The position numbers and the translations under genes are program-made. DNA of 59,675 bases, counting the filler. It is 9 parts of 9 records of this genome, joined end to end, with 100 filler letters (N's around TTAATTAATTAA, not from the genome) between each part and the next. Parts side by side here need not be neighbours in the genome. Positions count along the whole stretch, not along the records: positions 41,930 to 47,145 come from SRR31156797_93516; positions 47,246 to 54,005 come from SRR31156797_93729; 7 more parts are not named here. One strand, given 5' to 3'. Positions 41,830-51,358 of this stretch are shown here, piece by piece (position 1 is the first letter of the stretch; the number at the start of each line of letters is the position of its first letter). The notes under the pieces were generated by a model, which was not told the DNA's origin, did no database searches, and was given only the letters and a program-made list of their open reading frames with translations.

Positions 41830-41929
41830 NNNNNNNNNNNNNNNNNNNNNNNNNNNNNNNNNNNNNNNNNNNNTTAATTAATTAANNNNNNNNNNNNNNN
41901 NNNNNNNNNNNNNNNNNNNNNNNNNNNNN
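41830..41929. other. Artificial contig spacer
   Basis: N-run, TTAATTAATTAA, N-run. Confidence 0.99.
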
Positions 41930-42403
41930 CTCGAAGGTTCCATCCGCTTTCTTTACAAAGGCGGACCCGACAGTGTCGAACAACCCACGGAACGGTTCAT
42001 CCGCATTGCCGAGCTGGTCTGCCAAGCCCACCGCTGCACCTGCGACATCGATATCGTTCACGAGAACATTCCCCTGATCAACGATCCCAAAATGGTCGCC
42101 CTGGGCCGCCAAACCGCTGCAGAGGTATTCGATGGAGAAAACGCGCTCATCGACAACGTCACCATCGCCAGCGAGGATTTCTCTGAGTTCAGTGAGCGTG
42201 TGCCCGGCGTGTTCATGTTTTTGGGCACCGGCAATCCGCGCAAGGGAACGACTATCTCACACCATAACCCGCGCTTCAACATCGATGAAGACGTGCTCAC
42301 GAAAGGGGTCGCCATGCACGTGCGCGGCGCCTTAACTTATTTCAATACCATGGCAAAAGACAAAGGAGGTGAATCCGGACCAATCGAACCATCCTCTACG
42401 TAA
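41930..42403 (+). CDS. M20D family amidohydrolase, C-terminal part (5' truncated)
   Basis: LEGSIRF, PLIND, ASEDFSEF, VPGVFMFLG, HHNPRFNIDE. Confidence 0.9.
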   Translation, partial: LEGSIRFLYKGGPDSVEQPTERFIRIAELVCQAHRCTCDIDIVHENIPLINDPKMVALGRQTAAEVFDGENALIDNVTIASEDFSEFSERVPGVFMFLGTGNPRKGTTISHHNPRFNIDEDVLTKGVAMHVRGALTYFNTMAKDKGGESGPIEPSST

Positions 42404-42456
42404 CCGCAACCTTTTAAGGCTTGCCGTGGCGAGCCGACGATGAAAGGAGTTGGAAA

Positions 42457-43491
42457 ATGAAAAAAATTCTGAATTTCAAATTGCTTAAAGCGTTACTGGC
42501 AGGCATTCTGTTGATCGTAGCAACCAGCGTAAGTTTGCATGCAGCGGAGTGGAAGTATGCCATGGGTGAAGGGGAGAGTGACCCCCAAGGTATCTATGCT
42601 GTGGCATTTAAGAACTATATAGAAGAGAATTCCAGACATACGATCAAGATTTACCCGGTAGGCAGTCTCGGCGAAGAGACCGACATGCTGGAACAGACGA
42701 GAGCCGGGATCTTGCAGTTTTTAGGGCAATCAACCGGATATATGGGAGGCACGATTCCTGAGATGGATCTGTTTACCCTGCCTTATGTCATGCCGACCGA
42801 TACAAAGCAGCTCGATTATTTTTTCAAAAATTCAAAAGTGATCAACGAGATGCTTCCTGAAATTTTCAGAAAGCACGGACTCGAGTTGCTCTCCATCTTC
42901 CCGGAAGGTGAGATGGCGGTGACAACGCTCGAGCCCTTTCACTCACCGGAAGATTTAAAGGGCAAAAAGATGCGTGTTATGCCGGGATCGCCGATCCTGG
43001 TTGAGACCTATGAAGCCTTTGGTGCTTCACCGGTTCCCATGAGTTGGGGGGATTTGATTGGTGCCCTCAAAACCAAAATGGTCGATGGCCAGGAGAATCC
43101 GACGGTATGGATTCAAGCGTATGATTTGGATAACCTGACAAAAGTATTGACCTATACGGGACACGGACACTTCAACGCATCCGCTACAGCAAATAAAAAG
43201 TTCTTCGATGGGCTTAGCAAAAGAGATAAGAAACTGGTACGCGCAGCGGCAGAGCATGCCCACCAAACGATCTTGAAAGAGGCGCAAAAGCTGGATGCGT
43301 ATGGCCTTGGCCGCATTGTCAGAACCAACCCGGACTATAAAATCGTAACCCTTACTGAAGAAGAACGCGCTCCGTTTAAAGAGGCGGCGAAGGCCGTACA
43401 AGCTTCGTTTGCATCCAAAAGCGCTTCCAACAAAAAAGTGTTGGATCAAATGATGGCGGATCTAAAAGAAGCCGAGGAAAAAGCCAAATAA
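42457..43491 (+). CDS. teaA: TRAP transporter substrate-binding protein DctP, ectoine/hydroxyectoine (TeaA/UehA-like)
   Basis: Signal peptide, then EWKYAMGE, FPEGEMAVT, KMRVM, DGQENP; operon with a USP and eutB. Confidence 0.8.
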   Translation: MKKILNFKLLKALLAGILLIVATSVSLHAAEWKYAMGEGESDPQGIYAVAFKNYIEENSRHTIKIYPVGSLGEETDMLEQTRAGILQFLGQSTGYMGGTIPEMDLFTLPYVMPTDTKQLDYFFKNSKVINEMLPEIFRKHGLELLSIFPEGEMAVTTLEPFHSPEDLKGKKMRVMPGSPILVETYEAFGASPVPMSWGDLIGALKTKMVDGQENPTVWIQAYDLDNLTKVLTYTGHGHFNASATANKKFFDGLSKRDKKLVRAAAEHAHQTILKEAQKLDAYGLGRIVRTNPDYKIVTLTEEERAPFKEAAKAVQASFASKSASNKKVLDQMMADLKEAEEKAK

Positions 43492-43502
43492 AAATCCAAA
43501 TC

Positions 43503-43536
43503 GATGATCTGCCGCTCAAATGAACGGCAGATCATC
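43503..43536 (+). terminator. Stem-loop after the SBP gene (mRNA stabiliser or partial terminator)
   Basis: 12-bp perfect stem GATGATCTGCCG / CGGCAGATCATC. Confidence 0.6.
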
Positions 43537-43586
43537 TTACCCAATTGATCTTCATTAGGTGCAACCTGTGCTGCCATTCGGGGGAA

Positions 43587-44168
43587 ATGATGGATGAAGT
43601 AGAAGCAAAGGTGACCAATCCGATCTTAAAAGCGCTCGATTTTGCTGACGTGCTAATTAGCAAATTTGAAGGGATTATGCTGGCTATTGGGGTGATCGCG
43701 ATGACGATCAATACCATTGCCGCGGTGATCAGTCGCTATGTTTTTAATAGCGCGATTACCTTCACCGATGAACTGAATATGATTTTTATCGTTGTGGTGA
43801 CCTATGCCGGACTCAGTTACGCAGCCCGCAATGGGCGCCATATCCGGATGTCTGCAATTTATGATGCCATGCCTCCAAAAACGCGCAAAGTGTTGATGAT
43901 TGTGATGGCTTCGGTAACGGCGGCCTTTATGTTCCTGCTCTCTTTTTATTCATACTACTATATCGTTGAGGTGTATGAGAGTGGGCGCATTTTGCCGGCT
44001 TTGGGATTGCCGGTGTTTATTATCTATCTGTGGGCGCCCGTCGGTTTTTTTCTGACAGGATTACAGTATGCGTTTACGGTGGTTAAAAATCTAAGGGAGC
44101 GTGATATCTACCTTTCAACCCATATCAAAGATGGATACTCCGAAACCGCCAGCGATATTGAAATTTAA
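43587..44168 (+). CDS. teaB: TRAP small permease DctQ (TeaB-like)
   Basis: GLSYAARNGRHIRMSAIYD; 4 TM helices; LQYAFTVVKNL. Confidence 0.85.
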   Translation: MMDEVEAKVTNPILKALDFADVLISKFEGIMLAIGVIAMTINTIAAVISRYVFNSAITFTDELNMIFIVVVTYAGLSYAARNGRHIRMSAIYDAMPPKTRKVLMIVMASVTAAFMFLLSFYSYYYIVEVYESGRILPALGLPVFIIYLWAPVGFFLTGLQYAFTVVKNLRERDIYLSTHIKDGYSETASDIEI

Positions 44169-44171
44169 GGT

Positions 44172-45863
44172 ATGATGATGAAACTTGGAATCTGGAATAT
44201 CTTACGCTTATTTATTTTCAGTTGCTTTTTGACCACTCCGCTTCTGGCATCCGAACCTGTCACCGTCGTCATTGAAGAGACGACGATCGAGCAGAAAACA
44301 AGCCTTTTTGTGTATGGATATGCCGAGGGTGTCGATCGATGGCAAGCGGTGCGCATCATCTTGCGTGATCGTGGCGCGAAAACGCTGGAGCACAAAGCGG
44401 AGACCAATAAAATCGGCAATTGGAGCCTTGAAGCGGTCGACATCGGCACTCTCGCTGACGGCGAGATCACCATTACGGCAATGATTACCGATGAAGCGGG
44501 AAACACACTGGCCCAAACCACCGCTACGGCTGTCTTGGATACCAGCTTTAATACTGTTGCATTCATGAATAAGCATTTCGCGGCCACTATTTTTTTGCTC
44601 ATGGTCACTTTATTGCTGCTGGGGTTTCCCATGAAGATCCCATTGATTGCGGGGGCGACGCTGGGGGTGATTCTACTCTACGATGGCGACCTCTCACAGA
44701 TGCAGTTCATGATCCAGCAGATGATGGCAGGGATCCGTCCAGCCGCGCTCATTGCCGTGCCCATGTTTATCCTCTCCGCCGATATTATGACCAGAGGTAA
44801 ATCGGCTGAAAAACTAATCGATCTGGTGATGGCATTCGTCCGGCACATCAAAGGCGGGCTTGCCGTGAGTACAGCCGGCGCGTGTGCGGTATTCGGAGCC
44901 GTTTCCGGTTCGACCCAAGCCACGGTTGTAGCCATCGGATCGCCGCTGCGTCCCCGACTCCAGAAAGGGGGCTACAAGGACTCTTTCATTTTGGCGCTGA
45001 TTGTCAATTCCAGCGACATCGCTTTTTTGATTCCGCCCAGTATCGGGATGATTATCTATGGAATTGTCGCCAAGACCTCTATCCCGGAACTGTTCATCGC
45101 CGGAATCGGCCCGGGGTTGCTGATCCTGTTGCTTTTCTCCATCTACAGCGTTGTCTACGCCTACATCAACAAGATTCCCACTGAACCAAAAGCATCATGG
45201 CGTGAGCGGGGAAAGGCGCTCTATCGCGCACTGTGGCCGTTGGGATTTCCGGCTATCATTATCGGCGGCATCTTTGGCGGGATCTTCAGCCCCACGGAAG
45301 CAGCCGCTGTAAGCGTGGCCTATGCGATCGTACTGGAGGGCTTTCTTTTCAAAACGATGACGCTTAAAGACTTTTGGGCAACCTCATTGTCCACCGGGTT
45401 GGTAACGGCTGTTGTTTTTATCCTGGTAGGCGCCGGGGCTGCCTTTGCATGGGTATTGTCCTATGCGCAAGTGCCCCAACAGCTGTTGGGGATGATTGGA
45501 ATTTCCGAGATGGGCCAATATGGCGTTCTTTTTGTTATCTCCATCGCTTTTTTTGTCGGGTGTATGTTTGTTGATCCGATAGTGGTGATTTTGATCCTGG
45601 TGCCCATTTTTGCACCTGTCGTTAACAATCTCGGACTTGATCTTGTTTTGGTGGGTACGATCATTACCCTCCAAGTTGCCATTGGTTCTGCCACACCGCC
45701 GTTTGGCTGTGATATTTTTACTGCGATCGCGGTATTCAAACGCCCTTACTTTGAAGTCGTCAAAGGGACACCGCCATTTATTTTCATCCTTTTGAGTGTA
45801 GCCGTAGCGATGATCTTCTTTCCGGAGATTGCTCTTTTCTTGAGAGATGTAGCCTTTAGGTAA
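44172..45863 (+). CDS. teaC: TRAP large permease DctM (TeaC-like) with an N-terminal signal peptide and Ig-like extension
   Basis: DctM core: LIAVPMFILSADIM, FGAVSGSTQAT, LIPPSIGMI, FSPTEAAA, TPPFGCDIF. About 135 extra N-terminal residues. Confidence 0.88.
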   Translation: MMMKLGIWNILRLFIFSCFLTTPLLASEPVTVVIEETTIEQKTSLFVYGYAEGVDRWQAVRIILRDRGAKTLEHKAETNKIGNWSLEAVDIGTLADGEITITAMITDEAGNTLAQTTATAVLDTSFNTVAFMNKHFAATIFLLMVTLLLLGFPMKIPLIAGATLGVILLYDGDLSQMQFMIQQMMAGIRPAALIAVPMFILSADIMTRGKSAEKLIDLVMAFVRHIKGGLAVSTAGACAVFGAVSGSTQATVVAIGSPLRPRLQKGGYKDSFILALIVNSSDIAFLIPPSIGMIIYGIVAKTSIPELFIAGIGPGLLILLLFSIYSVVYAYINKIPTEPKASWRERGKALYRALWPLGFPAIIIGGIFGGIFSPTEAAAVSVAYAIVLEGFLFKTMTLKDFWATSLSTGLVTAVVFILVGAGAAFAWVLSYAQVPQQLLGMIGISEMGQYGVLFVISIAFFVGCMFVDPIVVILILVPIFAPVVNNLGLDLVLVGTIITLQVAIGSATPPFGCDIFTAIAVFKRPYFEVVKGTPPFIFILLSVAVAMIFFPEIALFLRDVAFR

Positions 45864-45872
45864 GGAAGAGAG

Positions 45873-46310
45873 ATGTTTCACAATATTTTAGTTCCGCTGG
45901 ATGGCTCGGAAAATGCCTACCGAACCTTAGCGTATGCAGCCAACTTAGCCAAACAGTTTGATTCCCAAATCAATGTCTTATCGGTCTTTAGACACCATAG
46001 CTATATTGAAGCGTCGATCTCTATGGTTAGGCCCAGGGAACCCGAAAATATAGATGATGTACTCAGCGCCTATGCGAAAGAAGTCGTCGAAAAAGGCAAC
46101 ACCATACTCAAAGAGCATGGTGTTAAAAAAATCAGAGGTTTTATCAAAATGGGTGCGGCCAGTAAAAAGATCTTGGAGTTTGCCCAAAAAAACAAGACCG
46201 ATCTGATCATTATCAGCTCCAAAGGGAACGGAGATCTGACCGGATATCTTTTAGGCGGGGTGTCTCACAAGGTGACGGGTCTTGCCAAATGTCCGGTTAT
46301 GGTTATTTGA
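45873..46310 (+). CDS. teaD: Universal stress protein (TeaD-like)
   Basis: ILVPLDGSE, VFRHHSYIEASISMVRP, LLGGVSHKVTGLAKCPVMV; position after dctM. Confidence 0.85.
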   Translation: MFHNILVPLDGSENAYRTLAYAANLAKQFDSQINVLSVFRHHSYIEASISMVRPREPENIDDVLSAYAKEVVEKGNTILKEHGVKKIRGFIKMGAASKKILEFAQKNKTDLIIISSKGNGDLTGYLLGGVSHKVTGLAKCPVMVI

Positions 46311-46375
46311 CGAATAGCCAGCCCACTTTTTAAAAATTGCGCACCGCAACTACTGACTTTAAATAGGCGTTACCC

Positions 46376-47145
46376 ATGAACAAGCAACCGACACTGCATG
46401 AAGTGTATAGTGCTCGAGCCCGTATCAAGCCGCTCATCGTTGAGACTCCTCTTTTGGCATCTGACGAATTGGCGGAAAGAACAGGTGCTCAAACGGCCCA
46501 TCTGAAACTGGAGTGTCTGCAGCCGACCGGCTCCTTCAAGATCCGAGGCGCGGCCAACAAAATCCTCAGTCTCGACGCCCCATCCAAAAAACGCGGGGTC
46601 GTCACCTTCTCCACCGGCAATCACGGCAAGGCGGTGGCCTATGTGGCTGCCCAGGTCGGGGTCCGGGCCGTGGTTTGCCTCTCCGAGCACGTGCCGCCAT
46701 ACCGTGCCGAAGCCATTCGAAAGTTGGGTGCCGAAGTATCCGTGAAAGGCCGGTCCCAGGATCAAGCGGAGGAAAACTATCGTCAACTGGCCGCTTCCGC
46801 CGGCTACGTCCCGGTGGTGCCGTTCGACGATCCCATGATTATTGTCGGTCAGGGAACCATCGCGCTCGACATCTTGGCCGACCTTCCAGACACCGATGTG
46901 CTGCTGGTGCCGCTGTCCGGCGGCGGCTTGCTGGCGGGCATCGCCATGGCCGCCAAAAGCATTCATCCGGGAATTCACATTGTGGGACTTTCCATCGAAC
47001 GCTCCCCCGCCATGCTAAAGAGTCTGAAGGCCGGCGGCCCCGTCCAGGTGGAGGAAAAAGATAGCATCGCCGACTCGCTTTTAGGAGGAATCGGCCGGAA
47101 CAATCAGTATACCCTGCCGTTGGTCAAGAAATACACCGATGAACA
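46376..47145 (+). CDS. eutB: PLP-dependent threonine dehydratase-like protein, hydroxyectoine utilisation EutB (3' truncated)
   Basis: KLECLQPTGSFKIRGA, STGNHG, VPLSGGGL, ADSLLGGIG..NQYT. Confidence 0.8.
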
Positions 47146-47245
47146 NNNNNNNNNNNNNNNNNNNNNNNNNNNNNNNNNNNNNNNNNNNNTTAATTAATTA
47201 ANNNNNNNNNNNNNNNNNNNNNNNNNNNNNNNNNNNNNNNNNNNN
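47146..47245. other. Artificial contig spacer
   Basis: N-run, TTAATTAATTAA, N-run. Confidence 0.99.
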
Positions 47246-48904
47246 ATAGAGCACATCCGTTACTCGCACCCCCTGCGGGCAGTTATCCTGGCAGCGATAG
47301 CAGCCCAGGCACGACCAGAGCATGCCGGCCGAGGCCGCGAGATCGTCCAGCCCCAACGCGGTCGCATGGATGATCTGGTGGGGAGCCAGACCCAGTTCAT
47401 CCATATCCTTAAGCCCTACTACCGGGCATGAAGAAGTGCAGGTTTTGCAATTGAAACACAAACGGAACACGCCGTCATCAACAGAGTTTTGAAGCAGCCC
47501 GCCAAAGTCGCCCGCATCGTGTACGTCTCTTTCCCGAGCATCTGCAAACGCCTGGCGCGGTAAATTTTCAAGATTTTTTTGAGCGGCGGCAAAAGAATCG
47601 GCAAAAGCCTGGAACCGATGCTCGCCCAGGGGAGAAAGTGCGAAGACGTCGAATCGGCCGCGGGCCAGCAGGTCCTCGCGAACTGCGTCCCAGAGGTCCT
47701 GCAGATTGATGCCCACGGGGCAGACGGTGGTGCAGCGCAGGCAGTTAGTGCAGACGGTCAGGCCTTCCAGCAGGGCTTTGGCCTCGCCGTTCCCATTTGA
47801 AGAGCTTCGACCCAGGGCGGCGAGTTTTTCCGAAGGTAGAATATTTCGGTTGTGCAGAATATCCGCGCATATTCCCACGGAACACTTTTCCGAACACAAA
47901 CCGCAACGAGTGCAGGCGTCCAGGGCCAGCATACGACTGACAGCACGAACCGGCGCCCCGGGAGCAGGGCTTTTGCATCGATCCGCAATACAACTGATCA
48001 GGCTGGTTATGACATGGCGCATCTTGCCGAACGGCAGCCAGGCCAACGCCCCGAAACAAATAAGCACGTGCAGCCAATAGGCGAAAGCGACCAGGCCCCC
48101 ATTATCCTTATTTCGGCTCAAGGGTGTAAGCACGCGCGAAAAGGCATAGCTTACCACGGCCGATTGGGGCCGGGAATGGCAGCTTGCACAAGCTGTTTCA
48201 TTGACTTCCCTACCCAGCTCCAACTGTTCCGAAGAAAATCCAAGACCGGGTTTAGAGGCGGCCAGGCCGTATTCGGTCGCCCATAGGGCTTCAAGGGCGG
48301 CAACTTCCTCGGTCTCATCCGGGTCGTGGTATTCTTCGATCATTCTATGGAAATCATTTTGCGAAACAATTTTCACACTCTCAATAAGGAATCCGGATAA
48401 CACAATGGCGCCGATTACAAACAGGGTTATAAAATCCATGGCCGTGCTTTTAGTGCGCGAGCGTTTTTTTAATCTGCGACGCACAGCCAGAACCAAACCG
48501 GCAACAACCATTAAACCGCACAGGTTTCTTAAAAAGAGCCAGGGATTAAGGGTTGACTCATAATCTGAGAAAAGATTTTTGGTGACAATGCCGTCCATGG
48601 CGTGGAAAAATAGTAGAGGAATGAATCCCCAGAATATAAGGAAGTGAGCCGGCCAACGGGAGCGATCCGTTTTTAAGAGTCGAATCTGAAACAAGCCGTC
48701 CAGAAAAAATCCTTTGAGCAAGGCTATTATTTTCGCCCCAAAAAGTGATTTCAAAAAAGCTGAAAAGGCGCTTTTGATACGGACGCCAACGGGCAGGCCG
48801 CGGTCTTCATCCGTAACTCCGCCCGAAAACCAGCGAATAGCAAGCAGAAGCAGCCCGACCATACAGACTGCCAGGGCAATTAATAATAAAATGTTGAATG
48901 TCAT
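47246..48904 (-). CDS. Membrane Fe-S oxidoreductase: NarI/HdrE-like membrane domain with an inserted CxxCH motif, plus two HdrC-like 2x[4Fe-4S] domains (3' truncated)
   Basis: RWPAHFLIFWGF and YWLHVL...LPFGKMRHV (heme b His pattern); CASCH; CTRCGLCSEKC, CTNCLRCTTVCP, CFNCKTCTSSCP, WSCLGCYRCQDNCPQGV. Confidence 0.8.
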
Positions 48905-49236
48905 GGCTACCTCTCATGCGTTCCACATCGAATAATCATAAAGACAAGGCCAGTGTGGAAAGAACCGCCCCGCAGCAAGTTACGAGGAAGTAAATCCCTT
49001 TCAGGGATTAAATAGAAGAATACCCCATAAAAAAATTCACACTCATCGTGTGCACGATATTTCTAAAAGCTTTAAGACGATATTTTATTCTAAAAGCGAT
49101 AGAAACAATCCCACGCACAAGGCCGTGGGCAATGGCGTAAAAAGTTGAGTCCTGCCTCTCCCGTTGAGTGAAACGGTTTTCAAACAGGCCGCATGGGCCG
49201 CGGGGAGGTCGGGCAGGAACACAATGACAGGAGGAC

Positions 49237-50988
49237 ATGATGGCGAAAGAACTTCCAAAGAGCCTGGATCAGGTCGAGAGCAAAACAATCGAGTGCGATC
49301 TGCTCATCGTGGGCGGGGGTAACGCGGGATGCTTTGCCGCGTACGAGGCCAAACTCTTAAACCCGGACCTGAACGTGGTGATCATGGAGAAGGCCAACAT
49401 CAAGCGCAGCGGCGCCTGCGCCGCCGGGATGGACGCCTTAAACACGTACATTCCCACCTGGGATGGTAAAACTCCGGAAGACCTGGTCCGCTGGTCGCGT
49501 TCCCAGGTCGGCGGAGGTCCGCTTCGCGAGGACCTCGCCCTTTCCAATGCTCAAGAGCTGAACCAGTGCGTGGAAGAGCTTGAGGAATGGGGCCTGCCCA
49601 TTATTTATGACGAGGATGAAGAACACCCTCATTACCGCGGCGCCTGGGATATTTCCATTCACGGCGAGCAACTCAAGCCGATAATGGCTGAAAAAGCAAT
49701 GGATGCAGCCGAAGTGTACAACCGTATCGCGGCCACGTCCCTGATCATGGACGGCGACCGCTGCGCCGGCGCCATGGGCTTTGGCGTGCGCGACGGCAAG
49801 TTCTACGTCTTCAAGGCCAAGGCGACCATCGTCTCGACCGGCGGCGCCTGCGGCATCTACAAATCGTACACTTCGGACGGCACGGCCTCTCATCAGCAAA
49901 CCTGGATGTGCCCTTTCAACGTGGGCAGCGGTTATGCCATGGGGCTGCGCAAAGGGGCGGAGTTCACATCCATGGAGCAGCGCTGGGTGGCGGCCAGGAC
50001 CAAGGATTACTGCGGCCCGGTAGACACGGTTTCAGTGGCGTACAAGGCCAAAATGATGAACGCCAAGGGCGAATACTTTCTTAAAGAAAGGTACGATCAT
50101 GTCGGCGGGGACAAAGCCCCCAGGTACATACGCGCCAACGCCCCCATGGAAGAGTGGAGGGATGGACGCGGCCCAACGTACGTGGACACCACCCATCTGG
50201 ATGAGGATGACTGCAAAAACATGCTCACGGATTATCTGAATGAGCGCCCTTCATTTGTATTGTACCTGGCGGCCAACGGCATCGATCCCACCGAACAGCC
50301 AGTCGAGGTTTATGGTTCCGATCCATACATTGTGGGCGGCCACACCGGGTCGGGGTACTGGGTTGATATGGAGCGCATGACCACTGTTCCGGGATTGTTT
50401 GCGGCGGGCGAAACCGCGGGCGGCAATCCCAACAAGTTTGTAGGCGGCTGCGCGGCGGAAGGCAAACTGGCCGCGCGTGGGGCTATCAAGTTTATTGAAG
50501 CCAACGGAGACCCCAATTTGGACGAGGGTCAGCTGGAAGCTGAAAAAATCCGTGTATTCAATCCGCTTTTCCGTGAAGAAGGTTTTGACGGTCTGACGCC
50601 TGAAGAAGTCAAGGAACGCCTGCAGCGCCTGATGGACGAATACGCCGGCGGCACTTCACAGTTTTATCGCTGCAACGAAGAGCAGCTCGACTACGCCCTG
50701 AAGCATATCAAGCTGCTGCAGGAGCAATCCGGCGAATACCTCATGGCTGCCGACCTGCACGAACTGATGCATGCCCACGAGGTTTTCGACCGCATCGATG
50801 TTGCCGAAATCGTCTGTCACCATCTAAAGGGCCGCAAGGAAACCCGGTGGAGCGGCTGGCAGACTCGAACCGACTATCCCGAACGTGACGACGAAAACTT
50901 CAACTGCTTCGTGGAATCCAAAAAGAACCTGGAAACCGGAAAAATTGAAGTTTTCACACGTCCTTACGAAAAAATCGTAGAGGATTAG
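49237..50988 (+). CDS. aprA: Adenylyl-sulfate (APS) reductase alpha-like flavoprotein, divergent type
   Basis: GGGNAG FAD motif, EKANIKRSGACAAGMDALNTY, IHGEQLKP, RTKD..GP, PYIVGGHTGSGYWV, RLQRLMDEYAGG, RKETRW..RTDYP. Confidence 0.8.
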   Translation: MMAKELPKSLDQVESKTIECDLLIVGGGNAGCFAAYEAKLLNPDLNVVIMEKANIKRSGACAAGMDALNTYIPTWDGKTPEDLVRWSRSQVGGGPLREDLALSNAQELNQCVEELEEWGLPIIYDEDEEHPHYRGAWDISIHGEQLKPIMAEKAMDAAEVYNRIAATSLIMDGDRCAGAMGFGVRDGKFYVFKAKATIVSTGGACGIYKSYTSDGTASHQQTWMCPFNVGSGYAMGLRKGAEFTSMEQRWVAARTKDYCGPVDTVSVAYKAKMMNAKGEYFLKERYDHVGGDKAPRYIRANAPMEEWRDGRGPTYVDTTHLDEDDCKNMLTDYLNERPSFVLYLAANGIDPTEQPVEVYGSDPYIVGGHTGSGYWVDMERMTTVPGLFAAGETAGGNPNKFVGGCAAEGKLAARGAIKFIEANGDPNLDEGQLEAEKIRVFNPLFREEGFDGLTPEEVKERLQRLMDEYAGGTSQFYRCNEEQLDYALKHIKLLQEQSGEYLMAADLHELMHAHEVFDRIDVAEIVCHHLKGRKETRWSGWQTRTDYPERDDENFNCFVESKKNLETGKIEVFTRPYEKIVED

Positions 50989-51031
50989 GCCGGACTTTTT
51001 CAATAAGAAAGAATTCATGGAGGATATAGAA

Positions 51032-51358
51032 ATGCCGCCAAAAGTAGATTTGGAAAAATGCGACGGTTGCAAGGGACAGGACGAGCCTCTTTGCGAGCAG
51101 ATCTGCCCGGGCAACCTGATGACGCTCAACGTTAAGGGCAAGGCTTACTGTCGTCCCCTCCGCCACTGTTGGGATTGCATGTCATGCACCAAGGCGTGCC
51201 CCGTGGGCGCTATTGAAACCCGTATTCCATTTCAGATCGGGTATCACGGCGCCAAACTTATACCGATGATGGGCACCAATACCATCACCTGGACTTGTGA
51301 AGACATCAACGGCAATGTCACCCGCTTCAGGTATAAAAACCGTACGGACGAGGACTAA
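51032..51358 (+). CDS. aprB: APS reductase beta-like 2x[4Fe-4S] ferredoxin (short form)
   Basis: KCDGCKGQDEPLCEQICPGNLM, CWDCMSCTKACP, IP.MG...ITWT...NG...RF; GGAGG RBS before MPPKV. Confidence 0.8.
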   Translation: MPPKVDLEKCDGCKGQDEPLCEQICPGNLMTLNVKGKAYCRPLRHCWDCMSCTKACPVGAIETRIPFQIGYHGAKLIPMMGTNTITWTCEDINGNVTRFRYKNRTDED

